In this document: positions 37,516-47,917 of the stretch, in pieces
How the letters are laid out: every line of letters starts with the position of its first letter
How positions within the stretch are numbered: the first letter of the stretch is position 1
Source: a virus
Lineage: Duplodnaviria > Heunggongvirae > Uroviricota > Caudoviricetes
Length of the DNA stretch: 64,000 bases
Strand: one strand, 5' to 3'
Virus record (IMG/VR): IMGVR_UViG_3300002834_000024
Coordinates: 192,001 to 256,000 of that record
Notes under the pieces: model-generated
Told to the model about the DNA's origin: nothing
What the model saw: the letters and a program-made list of their open reading frames with translations, nothing else
The model's database searches: none
Made by a program: the position numbers and the translations under genes

Positions 37516-38645
37516 GATATTATAATCAGTCAACAACAAAAGAATTTATTGAGAAAGCAAAACTTATTCATGGCGATAAGTATGATTATTCCAAAGTTGA
37601 ATATACTAATGCACACACAAAAATAAGTATTATATGCCCAATTCATGGAGAATTTAATCAAACCCCCACTAACCATTTATCGGGGTATAAATGTTTTAAA
37701 TGTAGTGGACAAGGTAAAACGACTGAAAGTTTTATTGAAGAAATAAAAAAGATTCATGGTGATAGGTATGACTATTCCAAAGTTGAATACAAAGATTGGA
37801 AAACAAGGATTACTATCATTTGTCCCATTCATGGAGAATTTGAACAAAGAGCATCAGATCATTTAAGTGGTAGTGGTTGTCCTAGATGTGGGGGGACTTT
37901 ACAATCTAATACAGAAGAATTTATTGAGAAAGCAAAATTAATTCATGGTGATAAATATGATTATTCAAAGGTAGAATATAAAAGAAATATAATAAAAGTT
38001 TGTATAGTTTGTCCTATTCATGGAGAATTTGGACAACGACCAGACAAACATTTGGTCGGATGTGGATGTCCACAATGTGCTGGTAATATCCAATTAACAA
38101 CAGAAGAATTTATTGAGAAAGCAAAATTAATTCATGGTGATAAATATGATTATTCAAAGGTAGAATATATTAATGGTAAAACAAAAGTTTGTATAATTTG
38201 TCCAGAACATGGTGAATTTAAACAACTACCAACTAGTCATTTGCGAGGTACTAATTGTCATTCATGTCAAAGACAAAGTAATTTTGAATCTTATGTTGAA
38301 GATTTTTTTAAAAATAAAAATATTAAATACACAAAAGAACAAACTTTTGAATGGTTAAAATATAAAAAACCCATGTTTTTAGATTTTTTTTTAAAAGATT
38401 ATAATATAGGTATAGAAGTTCAGGGGAGACAACACTTTAAACAAATTAGAAATTGGGATGACCTTAATAGCATAATAAAACGTGATAAAATTAAAAATGA
38501 ATTGTCTCAAAAAAATAATATTAATCTAATATACTTTACTGATTATATAGGTAATGTTGATCACATTGGAATCTACAATGAACAAAATCTTTTCACAGAT
38601 TTGGAATTGCTTTTGAACCAAATTAAAGGTACTTTTAAGTCATGA
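37512..38645 (+). CDS. Homing-type endonuclease: 4 zinc-ribbon (DUF723-like) repeats + Vsr-like nuclease
   Basis: Four HGDKYDYSKVEY..CP.HGEF..H..G..C..C repeats; LDFF..IEVQGRQH..RD..KN; 70-bp exact repeat 37911-37980/38100-38169. Confidence 0.8.
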   Translation: MRYYNQSTTKEFIEKAKLIHGDKYDYSKVEYTNAHTKISIICPIHGEFNQTPTNHLSGYKCFKCSGQGKTTESFIEEIKKIHGDRYDYSKVEYKDWKTRITIICPIHGEFEQRASDHLSGSGCPRCGGTLQSNTEEFIEKAKLIHGDKYDYSKVEYKRNIIKVCIVCPIHGEFGQRPDKHLVGCGCPQCAGNIQLTTEEFIEKAKLIHGDKYDYSKVEYINGKTKVCIICPEHGEFKQLPTSHLRGTNCHSCQRQSNFESYVEDFFKNKNIKYTKEQTFEWLKYKKPMFLDFFLKDYNIGIEVQGRQHFKQIRNWDDLNSIIKRDKIKNELSQKNNINLIYFTDYIGNVDHIGIYNEQNLFTDLELLLNQIKGTFKS

Positions 38646-38869
38646 ATAGTTCAACTTTTTTTCAAAATAAAGATTGTGAATATTTTCCATGTCATCAAAT
38701 AGATGATGTTGAAAATTTTAATTGTTTGTTTTGTTATTGTCCATTATATCCGAAAGGAAATTGTATTGGAAATTATTACTACACAAAAGCAAAAAAACAT
38801 TGTGAACAATGTGATTTTCCGCACATAAGAGAAAATTATGATAAACTAATTGAAACACTTAAACAATGA
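38642..38869 (+). CDS. Cysteine-rich small domain (zf-like) protein
   Basis: CEYFPCH..FNCLFCYCPLY..C..C.FPH. Confidence 0.8.
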   Translation: MNSSTFFQNKDCEYFPCHQIDDVENFNCLFCYCPLYPKGNCIGNYYYTKAKKHCEQCDFPHIRENYDKLIETLKQ

Positions 38870-39684
38870 TTAATCAAATAATACATGGGGATTGTTTAGA
38901 TATATTGATGAATGAGATTTATCATCCCAATAAAGAAAATGATTTTAATGAAGAATCTATTGATTTAACCTTTACTTCTCCGCCATATTTCAATGCACGT
39001 GAATATTCGCAGTACCCAACATATGAGGATTACCTAAAATTTCTTAAAAAGGTATTTACATGGGTATGGACAGTTACCAAAGAGGGTAGATTTTGTGTAG
39101 TCAATACAAGTCCTGTAATTGAAGCAAGACAATCCAGATCACATCAATCGAAGCGTTATCCAATACCATTTGACCTAAATACAATCATGCAGGATATTGG
39201 GTGGGATTTTATTGATGATATTATATGGGAAAAGCCCGAACCATCCGTAAAAGACCGAAATGCACAATTCAGAAACAATAGAAATCCATTAACATACAAA
39301 CCAAACGTTGTTACCGAGTATATTATGGTTTATCGTAAAAAAACAGATAAACTTATTGATTGGAATTTAAAACAATACAGTAAACATCAAAGAACACAAG
39401 ATAAAGTTTTGGGTATTAAAAAAGATGGTTTTTTAATAAAAGAACCAGATAGAACAAATATTTGGAAAATCCCCCCAAAATCATCTAAATTACATCCAGC
39501 AATTTTTCCTGATGAGTTAGTTGAACGTATAATAAAATATTATTCATTCAGAGGTGATATAGTTCTTGATCCGTTTTGTGGTATTGGTACAACATGTAGA
39601 GTTGCCAAATCTTTTCTTAGAAATTATATTGGTATTGAACAAAACTATGAGTATTATTGTATAGCAAAAAATAATTTAGAATAA
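38866..39684 (+). CDS. N4/N6 DNA methyltransferase (beta class)
   Basis: TSPPY, HPAIFP, DPFCGIGTT. Confidence 0.92.
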   Translation: MINQIIHGDCLDILMNEIYHPNKENDFNEESIDLTFTSPPYFNAREYSQYPTYEDYLKFLKKVFTWVWTVTKEGRFCVVNTSPVIEARQSRSHQSKRYPIPFDLNTIMQDIGWDFIDDIIWEKPEPSVKDRNAQFRNNRNPLTYKPNVVTEYIMVYRKKTDKLIDWNLKQYSKHQRTQDKVLGIKKDGFLIKEPDRTNIWKIPPKSSKLHPAIFPDELVERIIKYYSFRGDIVLDPFCGIGTTCRVAKSFLRNYIGIEQNYEYYCIAKNNLE

Positions 39685-39694
39685 AATAAAAGAT

Positions 39695-39925
39695 ATGAAA
39701 ATTATCAAAAATGGTATTGAATTTCCAGAAGAAATTGTGTTTAAATGTACAGTTTGCCAAACTCAATTTACAAATTCAAGGACAGAAACACCTCTTAGTA
39801 AAGTTGTACGTTATAATAATGCAATTGATTTGACATATTCACATATATGTCCTAATTGTTTTTGGGAAATAGACTCACACTATTGGATAGATAGAGAACA
39901 TAATTTAATGAACAAATGCTCATGA
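39695..39925 (+). CDS. Zinc-ribbon protein
   Basis: CTVC...CPNC; similar layout to 32381 ORF. Confidence 0.55.
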   Translation: MKIIKNGIEFPEEIVFKCTVCQTQFTNSRTETPLSKVVRYNNAIDLTYSHICPNCFWEIDSHYWIDREHNLMNKCS

Positions 39926-40161
39926 AATCAATTGACGAAGTTAAAAATGGTATGCCACCTGGTTTAGTTGTCTGGTGTGAAAATGCACTTAATGATGCCG
40001 TAAAAGAATATGCAACTGAACAACTTGGTGAAGAAGAATATAATAGATTAGCAACCTCTAATGAGGGTGAAGATACAACTGACCTTGATGCCTTATCACA
40101 GGATTTTCTACGAGGTTTTTGGTATGCGGTTGAATTGTTTAACATGAATTTTACTAAATAG
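39916..40161 (+). CDS. Hypothetical protein
   Basis: ORF tiling. Confidence 0.55.
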   Translation: MLMKSIDEVKNGMPPGLVVWCENALNDAVKEYATEQLGEEEYNRLATSNEGEDTTDLDALSQDFLRGFWYAVELFNMNFTK

Positions 40162-40163
40162 TT

Positions 40164-40592
40164 ATGGGCGTAAATAGAGAAAATTTAATTTTATATGGAA
40201 TTAAAACAGGAAATCCATATGAATTTGTGAGTAGTAATGATGTAGATGAATACGATATTGCAAATGATAACAGAATAAAACATGTATTGGAGGATGTTAA
40301 AAATTATCGTGATATTCCCTCAAATTATAAATACCATAAAAATAATCCAGAATTAGCCATTATTAATGATGGTATGAATGGAGATTACTCAATTATTGGT
40401 ATTTTAGTTGAAAATGCTGGGGATATGGAAGAAGGTGATGGTGATTTTAATACATTATTAAAAGAAAATAATTTGGTAGAATTAAATGTAAATTTTATAT
40501 CTAAACTTAGAGAAGAAGCTCCAAGTGTATTTGATTCATTTACAAATGGTGAATATGAATGTGGAGTAATTGTAATAACACATTATACTTAA
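40164..40592 (+). CDS. Hypothetical protein
   Basis: ORF tiling. Confidence 0.6.
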   Translation: MGVNRENLILYGIKTGNPYEFVSSNDVDEYDIANDNRIKHVLEDVKNYRDIPSNYKYHKNNPELAIINDGMNGDYSIIGILVENAGDMEEGDGDFNTLLKENNLVELNVNFISKLREEAPSVFDSFTNGEYECGVIVITHYT

Positions 40593-40597
40593 ATATT

Positions 40598-41059
40598 ATG
40601 TACGAAAAAATTAAACAGAAATTTTACTTTCTTAATAAAAATATATTGGCAAAATATATTAAAGATTATGATTCATCTATTATTGAAAATGCCAATAATA
40701 AAATAAGATATGAAATTGAGGGTGATGTAAATGATTGGGATATTGAAAAATCTGTTCGTGAAATGCCAATAATTAAATTTTTTAATTGTTTATTACCAAT
40801 TGCATTGATGTATTTTACTGATGTTCCAGGTGCTTGTGTTCGTGGCAAATTAGATGATACATTTACCAAATTGGCTGATTTATCCGATTTAGACCTTCCA
40901 CGTCATCCAGATACTTATGAAATTGCTCATAGAATGGTAGGTACAAATATATTTTTAATAAATGAAGATAATGTATTATTTCCAGTATTGTTACCTGGTA
41001 TATGGGATATATTTGAAAATGAAACAGAATTACTTAATTATATGAAAGAATATGAATAA
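40598..41059 (+). CDS. Hypothetical protein
   Basis: ATG after previous stop. Confidence 0.6.
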   Translation: MYEKIKQKFYFLNKNILAKYIKDYDSSIIENANNKIRYEIEGDVNDWDIEKSVREMPIIKFFNCLLPIALMYFTDVPGACVRGKLDDTFTKLADLSDLDLPRHPDTYEIAHRMVGTNIFLINEDNVLFPVLLPGIWDIFENETELLNYMKEYE

Positions 41060-41369
41060 ATCGGAATTAAGAACAAAAGAAGATAAATGCTTGTGGGAAA
41101 TATACACAAGACTATTTGCAGCATCAACCCCAAAGGGTGATTTTGCTGATTTAGTTGAAAATGCCACTAAAGATGAACATGGAAAATTACATATACCATT
41201 TGATAATTATGTAATTGATCCAGATGTTATGGATAATATTATTCTTGAAGTATGCAAGGAATTTAAAATTCGGAAATCTGATAGACCAAAATTTAAAACA
41301 ACAGCTTATCTTGGATGTTCGCCAAGATTTAGTCCAAAAGAGTGGGAACCAACAGCATTAGCCGAATGA
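41052..41369 (+). CDS. Hypothetical protein
   Basis: ORF tiling. Confidence 0.6.
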   Translation: MNKSELRTKEDKCLWEIYTRLFAASTPKGDFADLVENATKDEHGKLHIPFDNYVIDPDVMDNIILEVCKEFKIRKSDRPKFKTTAYLGCSPRFSPKEWEPTALAE

Positions 41370-42061
41370 AACTTGATGGATACAAGGACATAACACAGTT
41401 AAATAAAAAACAAACCATATTAGTTGATATGGATCAGGTTTTAAATAACCTGAATGTAGAGTGGGTTAGATTGTATAATGAAAAATATAATGATAACCTA
41501 CTCTATCAAAATATTACAGACTGGATTGTTTATGATTTTTTCAAAAACTGTACACATGAACAGGTGTGGGAATTATTAGAAACTCCAACATTGTTTTCAA
41601 AAATGGTCAAACCACTTGAAGATAGTGTTAAAGTTACTGAAATTTTATCCAAGTTTTTTGAGTTGTATATTGTTACATCCTGTTCACATCCAAACATTAT
41701 ATTGGAAAAGTTTGAATTTGTTGAAACACATTTTCCACATATTCATCGAAGTGATATTGTTACATGTAAAAATAAATGTTTGATAAAAGGGGACTACATG
41801 ATTGATGATTATGTTGAAAACCTTAGATGTTTTGATGGAAAGGGTTTGTTATTAAATACATCATATAATCTAAATGTTAATTTACCTGATAATACTATTA
41901 GAGTTACTTCTTGGGATGATATTTTAATGTATTTTGCTATACAGAATAAAGAGTTGATGAATTATTTGGTAAAGGATATGTTTGAGTGTGGCGAAAGTTA
42001 TATCGAAAAATTTGATATAAAGACTGTGGCTGGAATTAAAAATTATTTGAATTTGAAATAA
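41366..42061 (+). CDS. 5'(3')-deoxyribonucleotidase (HAD, NT5C family)
   Basis: VDMDQVL, IVTS, K..IKGDYMIDD. Confidence 0.88.
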   Translation: MKLDGYKDITQLNKKQTILVDMDQVLNNLNVEWVRLYNEKYNDNLLYQNITDWIVYDFFKNCTHEQVWELLETPTLFSKMVKPLEDSVKVTEILSKFFELYIVTSCSHPNIILEKFEFVETHFPHIHRSDIVTCKNKCLIKGDYMIDDYVENLRCFDGKGLLLNTSYNLNVNLPDNTIRVTSWDDILMYFAIQNKELMNYLVKDMFECGESYIEKFDIKTVAGIKNYLNLK

Positions 42062-42063
42062 TT

Positions 42064-42109
42064 TTAACATCCAGTAAAAAACTTATCTAATTTTATTTTT
42101 CTATTTTTG
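42064..42109 (+). promoter_or_regulatory. TTAACATCCAG box + TAnnTTTG promoter
   Basis: Box, 27 nt, TATTTTTG. Confidence 0.75.
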
Positions 42110-42133
42110 CATCAAATTTAAAATGAAATTAAA

Positions 42134-42322
42134 ATGGAAAATTGGAAAGTTGTAATAATTGCAATACTACTGTTAGCAGTTGCTTGTTTAGTTGGATGGA
42201 TACTGGATATATCTGGTTTTTTTGATGCTATTGGGCATAACTGGAGTATTTTTGTATGTGCATTATGCGGTTGTCTTTATATGGAAATATTAAAATCTAT
42301 AATCAGGAGAGGTAAGAAATGA
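42134..42322 (+). CDS. Small 2-TM membrane protein
   Basis: Two hydrophobic helices. Confidence 0.55.
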   Translation: MENWKVVIIAILLLAVACLVGWILDISGFFDAIGHNWSIFVCALCGCLYMEILKSIIRRGKK

Positions 42323-42696
42323 AAACATTTGCAGAAATTCAAAAGGGTGATACAATTTATTGTTACAATACACAGGACAATAAAATTGAAAATCATTTAG
42401 TGTATGCAACAAGCAGTGATAAGTATACAAAACACATTGGTCTTGATTATGGAATTACTACCGATAAAATTTGTTTTTTTATAAAAAATAAAGAAATGGA
42501 AATCAATGGGGTAATTGATATACAACTTAGTACAATTTTTGATGAATATATTGTTTATTCAACTGATTATGACACATTAGTTAAACATAATTTAGAAGCA
42601 TTGAACAAAAAAAGACAAGATGTGTTGGAAAAAATACAGGATTTACAAGATGAATTATGTAATATTGATTCACAAATATCACAACAAATATGTTAA
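42319..42696 (+). CDS. Hypothetical protein
   Basis: Coupled ORF. Confidence 0.6.
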   Translation: MKTFAEIQKGDTIYCYNTQDNKIENHLVYATSSDKYTKHIGLDYGITTDKICFFIKNKEMEINGVIDIQLSTIFDEYIVYSTDYDTLVKHNLEALNKKRQDVLEKIQDLQDELCNIDSQISQQIC

Positions 42697-42717
42697 TTAA
42701 TAAATAATAGAAAAGAA

Positions 42718-43263
42718 ATGAAAAATTTAGGAATTATTGGTGGCATAGTTGCCACAATTGCAGTTTTGGGTATTGTTATATGGTTTTTTGTATCCATGTC
42801 CTACAACAACCAAGAAAAAGGTCTTCGTAACAGAGGTGAGGCACAAAATGGTAAAATTGAAGTAGTATTTGACGAGATGTGGAAAGTATTACAAGACCAA
42901 GCTGGTGTTTCTACTGAATACAAAGAGGCGTTCAAAGAGATTTACATTCCATTAATTGAAGGCAGATATTCACAAGGTGATGGTAGTTTAATGAAATGGG
43001 TTACAGAACATAATCCTCAATTTGATCCATCCTTGTATCAAACACTTATGTTAAGTATAGAAAAGTATCGTGCTTTGTTTGCAAAAGAACAGGAAATAAT
43101 GCTTGATATTAAACGGCAACACAAGGATTTATGTACACTTGAACCAAGTTCATGGTTTGTAAAGAATAAAGAAGAAATCGAATATACTATTATTAGTTCA
43201 ACAAGAACAAAACAGGTAATGGAAACAGGTATTGATGATAGTCCGCCTTTGTTTAAACAATAA
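42718..43263 (+). CDS. Membrane-anchored LemA-like phage protein
   Basis: N-terminal TM then SYN..., helical body. Confidence 0.5.
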   Translation: MKNLGIIGGIVATIAVLGIVIWFFVSMSYNNQEKGLRNRGEAQNGKIEVVFDEMWKVLQDQAGVSTEYKEAFKEIYIPLIEGRYSQGDGSLMKWVTEHNPQFDPSLYQTLMLSIEKYRALFAKEQEIMLDIKRQHKDLCTLEPSSWFVKNKEEIEYTIISSTRTKQVMETGIDDSPPLFKQ

Positions 43264-43335
43264 AATATGAACGGTATAGTAAGTTTTCTGGTTCTTGAAT
43301 CCGTTTGAAAGTAAACCAAATGAAAAATCAGACAC

Positions 43336-43407
43336 GGTCCTGTAGTATAATGGACAGTACATAAAACTTCTAATTTTAGAGTGATGGTTCAATTCCATCC
43401 AGGATCA
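43336..43407 (+). tRNA. tRNA-Arg (TCT)
   Basis: TAAAA-CTTCTAA-TTTTA. Confidence 0.9.
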
Positions 43408-43430
43408 CATATTTTTAATACAGAAAAGTT

Positions 43431-43760
43431 ATGGAACAAAAGAGAGTAGTAAATGTAAATTTATATGAACTAGCCAATGAGATTTATCAACTTGGTAATT
43501 CATATCATGAACATGGTGAAAAGGGTATTAATTTCAAAATATTACCTTTTAATGTGAAAGATATAAAAAACAAATTTCATGCCATATTGAGAAAACATGG
43601 TGTAAGTGAATATGTTAAACATGAAGATGGCACAATGACTGGTGCATCTGTTGAATATATTATGTGTCATGGATATTTAATGGCGTGTTTATTTGAACAT
43701 CAGGCGCAATCTTTTCAGTTGGCAATGATGTGTTTTACAGCCGATGGTGATGAAGATTAA
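43431..43760 (+). CDS. Hypothetical protein
   Basis: ORF. Confidence 0.55.
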   Translation: MEQKRVVNVNLYELANEIYQLGNSYHEHGEKGINFKILPFNVKDIKNKFHAILRKHGVSEYVKHEDGTMTGASVEYIMCHGYLMACLFEHQAQSFQLAMMCFTADGDED

Positions 43761-44201
43761 TTATATAAAATTATGAGATGTTACTGTGGTGAAGATGATT
43801 CTTATTACGACATGGATGGAGATTTACGTTGTCGTGAATGTGGGAGTGTCCTTGATAGATGTTCACAATATTATGTTATTAATGGGGTGAAATATCAAGT
43901 TGGAACAAATAATTTATATACTGACAAAAAGAATAAAATAAAGAAATAATATGGAAATATTTTTATTATTGGGGAATGAACTATTATTTTATATGATAGT
44001 TACTTTTATGTTCGGTTGTTTTTGTGGTTGGTTATTTACTAAACTTTTTCAAAAGAAATAATAATTATAGATTATGAGTAATTCAGTATTTGTATTATGT
44101 GTTTACCTAACTTTTTTTATTGGTATTTTTGGTCTCCCAGGACTAGTTCACTGGATTAGTAGAAACGATCATAAACACAAATAATTAAGATTTAGATTGT
44201 T

Positions 44202-45434
44202 ATGCACATATTAGTATCATTTGCAATACCATTTATAATATCAATTGTATTATTGATATTCTTCCGAAGTAAAACTGTCTGGTATGAATATTTGTTTTTA
44301 TTCATTCCAAGTATTTTTGTAGGATTGTTATTGAACTGGGTAATGGTAAGTTCAAATACTTCAAAAACGGAATATTTAGGATATTATGTTACCCATGTTC
44401 AACACTATGACAGATGGAACGAATACATACATCAAACATGTACAAGAACATGGACAGATTCGGATGGTAATTCTCACAGTGAAACATATGATTGTTCTTA
44501 TGTAAAAGACCACCCAGAATATTGGGTGATTGTAGATAATGGAAAAAATGAGTTTAATATTACTAAACAAACATTTAATAACATTATTTTACAGTGGAAA
44601 ACACCAATGATATTCATTGATATGAAAAGAAGTTATCATACAATTGATGGTGATGCACAACGATATATGTGGGATAATAACATTGAACATTCATATACAA
44701 CTACTGTACCACATTCATATACAAACAAAATACAGGCAACCAATAGTATTTTTAACTTTGAGAAACTTACTAAAAAAGAAGCATCTTCATATGGAGTGTA
44801 TCTTGATTATCCAAAAATTGAATCTCTTATAACAAAAGGTGGTTGGTTTGGTGGAGGTGGTGAATATCAATCAACATTAATGGGATTTAAACATCAGCTA
44901 GATAGTGTAAAATATTGGGATTTTGTTAATGGTTTTAATGGTAAACAACACCAATTCAGAAGTTATTTGATAGCCTATTATAATCAACCATATAATATTT
45001 CAATGATGCAGAAAAGTTGGTGGATAGGTGGTAATAAGAATGAATTTATTATTACAATTGGTTTAGACAGTATTACGAATAAGATTGAATGGGTTAATAC
45101 ATTTTCATGGTCAGATGATGTATCATTATCTCACATGGTTGATAATTACTTAACACAAAGAGGTACATTGTATCTTGGTGAATTATCTAATAATTTGATG
45201 GAATGGGTTCCAAAATATTGGAAACGTAAATCATTCAAAGATTTTGATTATCTTAAACCAACAATTACCTCGACACAATTATTTTGGTTATCAATCATTT
45301 TACTTATTGTTAATATGGGTATTGGTGTATGGGTGGTTATAAATGATATTACAAATGAACCAAGAAGATATTATAATTATGGATACAACCACAGACAACA
45401 AAGAAAAAGAATATCCATCTGGCCATTCAATTGA
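44202..45434 (+). CDS. Membrane protein (3 TM, large extracytoplasmic domain)
   Basis: Two N-terminal TMs, one C-terminal TM, GGNKNE motif. Confidence 0.7.
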   Translation: MHILVSFAIPFIISIVLLIFFRSKTVWYEYLFLFIPSIFVGLLLNWVMVSSNTSKTEYLGYYVTHVQHYDRWNEYIHQTCTRTWTDSDGNSHSETYDCSYVKDHPEYWVIVDNGKNEFNITKQTFNNIILQWKTPMIFIDMKRSYHTIDGDAQRYMWDNNIEHSYTTTVPHSYTNKIQATNSIFNFEKLTKKEASSYGVYLDYPKIESLITKGGWFGGGGEYQSTLMGFKHQLDSVKYWDFVNGFNGKQHQFRSYLIAYYNQPYNISMMQKSWWIGGNKNEFIITIGLDSITNKIEWVNTFSWSDDVSLSHMVDNYLTQRGTLYLGELSNNLMEWVPKYWKRKSFKDFDYLKPTITSTQLFWLSIILLIVNMGIGVWVVINDITNEPRRYYNYGYNHRQQRKRISIWPFN

Positions 45435-45559
45435 AGATGCCAATCAGGATAAAAAAGATGTGAAATCAGATGATGTTCCAAATAACATATATGAAACTGG
45501 ATTTTTTATTGATGATTTGAACTTTTTTTAGTATTATTGAAATAATAATATTAAAAAAA

Positions 45560-45760
45560 ATGGAAAAAAATGTTTATCTGGTTAGCGGTGCAACCAACAA
45601 TCCAAAGAAATCACCGTATTTTAGTGTGATATATAGTATTGACCAAAAGTTGAATGGTTCCAAACTAATTAGCGAAATTGCTAATTCAGTTCAAAAAGAA
45701 CTTGGAAATAATACTTTTTCAATATTGAATATAATTAATTTGAGTACCGTTAATGGGTAA
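45560..45760 (+). CDS. Hypothetical protein
   Basis: ORF. Confidence 0.5.
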   Translation: MEKNVYLVSGATNNPKKSPYFSVIYSIDQKLNGSKLISEIANSVQKELGNNTFSILNIINLSTVNG

Positions 45761-45768
45761 TCAATAAT

Positions 45769-45841
45769 TGTCCTTTCCTCTAGTTGGTTAGGAGACATGA
45801 CTCATAATCATGCAAGCTCGGTTCGATGCCGAGAGGGACAA
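45769..45841 (+). tRNA. tRNA (CAT), Ile2 or Met
   Basis: CATGA-CTCATAA-TCATG. Confidence 0.85.
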
Positions 45842-45857
45842 CAATAAAGAATAGAAA

Positions 45858-46619
45858 ATGGCAATAGATTATGCTGATGTAGTACGTTCTGTTTCAGAAG
45901 ATCAGAATGAGATATTATTTAACATTTTAAAACTATATAACAATGGACAGGATTTTGATGCCGATCCAACCTATTCAAAAGGTGGATACTATAACAAATC
46001 AAAAGAATGGATTGTTAATTCCCCAAAATATAAATTTGATGTATTCCCCGAAAAAGGGATAGATGGTGTTATCCAAATTGAACCTTTAGGAAAGTGGCCC
46101 CTTGAAACAAACAGTATCAATGCAATTAATGTAGATTTGCCATTTGTTATAACAGTTGGACCTGCAATGAAAAAAGAACAAGTTGAGGGTGAACCAAAAA
46201 ATTGTGTTATAGCACGTAGGTTTTCTGGTTACTACCCAGCACCAGAACTTTTTCGTTCATACTATTGGTTTCTTCGTGAATGTTTTCGTGTATTAAAACC
46301 AGGTGGTATTTGTGTATGGAAAACTCAAAGAACAATCAGTGGTTCAAAAACACTTATGACACCTGAAATGTCATGGAGATTTGCTGATGATATGGGATTT
46401 TATACACTTGACCGTTTTACATTGGTAGCCAAAAACAGATTATGGTCTGGGCAAGTGAAAAAACAGGAACATTCAAGAAGTTTTGACAGTCAATTTTATG
46501 TTTTTCAAAAACCAGATGGTACGTCAAAAACAAAACAAATTGATTATTATTATTGGAAAACTGACGAATACAAAACAAAATTTGAAAAATATCAGAGTAA
46601 AGTTTTAACATCCAGTTAA
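45858..46619 (+). CDS. Putative DNA methyltransferase
   Basis: DPTYSKGGYY, VDLPF, ECFRVLKPGG. Confidence 0.7.
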   Translation: MAIDYADVVRSVSEDQNEILFNILKLYNNGQDFDADPTYSKGGYYNKSKEWIVNSPKYKFDVFPEKGIDGVIQIEPLGKWPLETNSINAINVDLPFVITVGPAMKKEQVEGEPKNCVIARRFSGYYPAPELFRSYYWFLRECFRVLKPGGICVWKTQRTISGSKTLMTPEMSWRFADDMGFYTLDRFTLVAKNRLWSGQVKKQEHSRSFDSQFYVFQKPDGTSKTKQIDYYYWKTDEYKTKFEKYQSKVLTSS

Positions 46620-46649
46620 AACAATTTTAAATTATATTTTGTATATTTG
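46605..46649 (+). promoter_or_regulatory. TTAACATCCAG box + TAnnTTTG promoter
   Basis: Box, 26 nt, TATATTTG. Confidence 0.75.
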
Positions 46650-46780
46650 TAATATTGTTTTTAGTGGAGATTTACAAATTATTGGAAATTTATTGTTGAT
46701 AGCTATTGGAATTATATTCGTGAATGGACAAGCGTTGGATCAACCCACTAAGAACATTTATATTAAGTTAAAAAAAAATT

Positions 46781-47593
46781 ATGATTTATTCGCTTGAATT
46801 TAAAAATAAAAAGAAAACTCCCTTTAATTATATTGAAAAGGGATTTTCTAATGATGAGAAGTTTATTTTGAAAAAGAAATATAATTTTTCAGAGGGTATT
46901 AATGTTTTGGTTGGTTGTAATGGTTCTGGTAAATCCACATTATTAAATCTCATAAAACATTATACTTTGTGTGGTAAAAGTTTTTCGAGTGATGCAGGTA
47001 TTACTTCCAATATGGAGTTTCAACAGTATTTTAATTTTACCACTAAAAAGGAATCATTACTTGATGGTGTTGTTATTACAGCAGATTATACAAACACATT
47101 TTACAATTTAAGATTCATTGATAATTTAAAATCACATAATATTCTTGAAAAGTTTTTAAATGTTGGTCAATATTTGAATAATCAAAGTTTAAGCGATGGT
47201 GAAAAAAATGTTGCTGCTATTAGACTTATGTTAGATGAAATGTTCAGTGGTAAAAATGATGGAAAATTTCCAGTAGATCAAATCAAGAAAAATAAAGATA
47301 ATACAAATGATGTTTGGCAAAACAGATGTGAATTACTATTGGGGTATTATGAAAAAAACCATAAAGATGGTAACAAGTATACAGTAATTATGGACGAACC
47401 AGACAGAAATCTTGATTTATATAATTCAAAACAGATTTACGGTTTTTTGTCAAAAGAGAGAGAAGATACACAGATTATTGCAGCAATTCATAACCCCACA
47501 ATGATTTATAAATTATCTCAACTTGAACATGTAAATATTATTGAATTAACAGATGGATATGTTGAAGATATTGTCGAATTTATTGAAAGTTAA
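46781..47593 (+). CDS. ABC/AAA-type ATPase
   Basis: GCNGSGKST, LSDGE, IMDEPD, H switch. Confidence 0.85.
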   Translation: MIYSLEFKNKKKTPFNYIEKGFSNDEKFILKKKYNFSEGINVLVGCNGSGKSTLLNLIKHYTLCGKSFSSDAGITSNMEFQQYFNFTTKKESLLDGVVITADYTNTFYNLRFIDNLKSHNILEKFLNVGQYLNNQSLSDGEKNVAAIRLMLDEMFSGKNDGKFPVDQIKKNKDNTNDVWQNRCELLLGYYEKNHKDGNKYTVIMDEPDRNLDLYNSKQIYGFLSKEREDTQIIAAIHNPTMIYKLSQLEHVNIIELTDGYVEDIVEFIES

Positions 47594-47596
47594 ATT

Positions 47597-47788
47597 ATGA
47601 GAACAATAATATTCATTTGCACAGTAATGTTATGTGATACATTATATAAAATTAATAATGTTCAATCACAAATAGATGATGAAACAATTAGCTATTTAGC
47701 AGTAATATTTTGGTTCTATTGTGTGGTATTTGATGTTATTGAACTTTTTAAAAAAAATAAAATAAATATCAAAAAAGAAACTGATTAA
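47597..47788 (+). CDS. Small membrane protein
   Basis: Hydrophobic ORF. Confidence 0.5.
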   Translation: MRTIIFICTVMLCDTLYKINNVQSQIDDETISYLAVIFWFYCVVFDVIELFKKNKINIKKETD

Positions 47789-47917
47789 TAGATGAAATAA
47801 AAGAATATCTTTCTGGTAAATTTTATGGAAATGTTGAAGATACATGTCCATTATGTTTTACACCTATAAGAAAGACAATACAATTATCAACATTATTAGA
47901 AAGTTAAAATAAAATGT

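Noticed and set aside
43268-43335. Possible structured RNA or ribozyme before tRNA-Arg(TCT)
   Set aside because: Only short 5-bp pairings; no hammerhead, twister or pistol core recognised.
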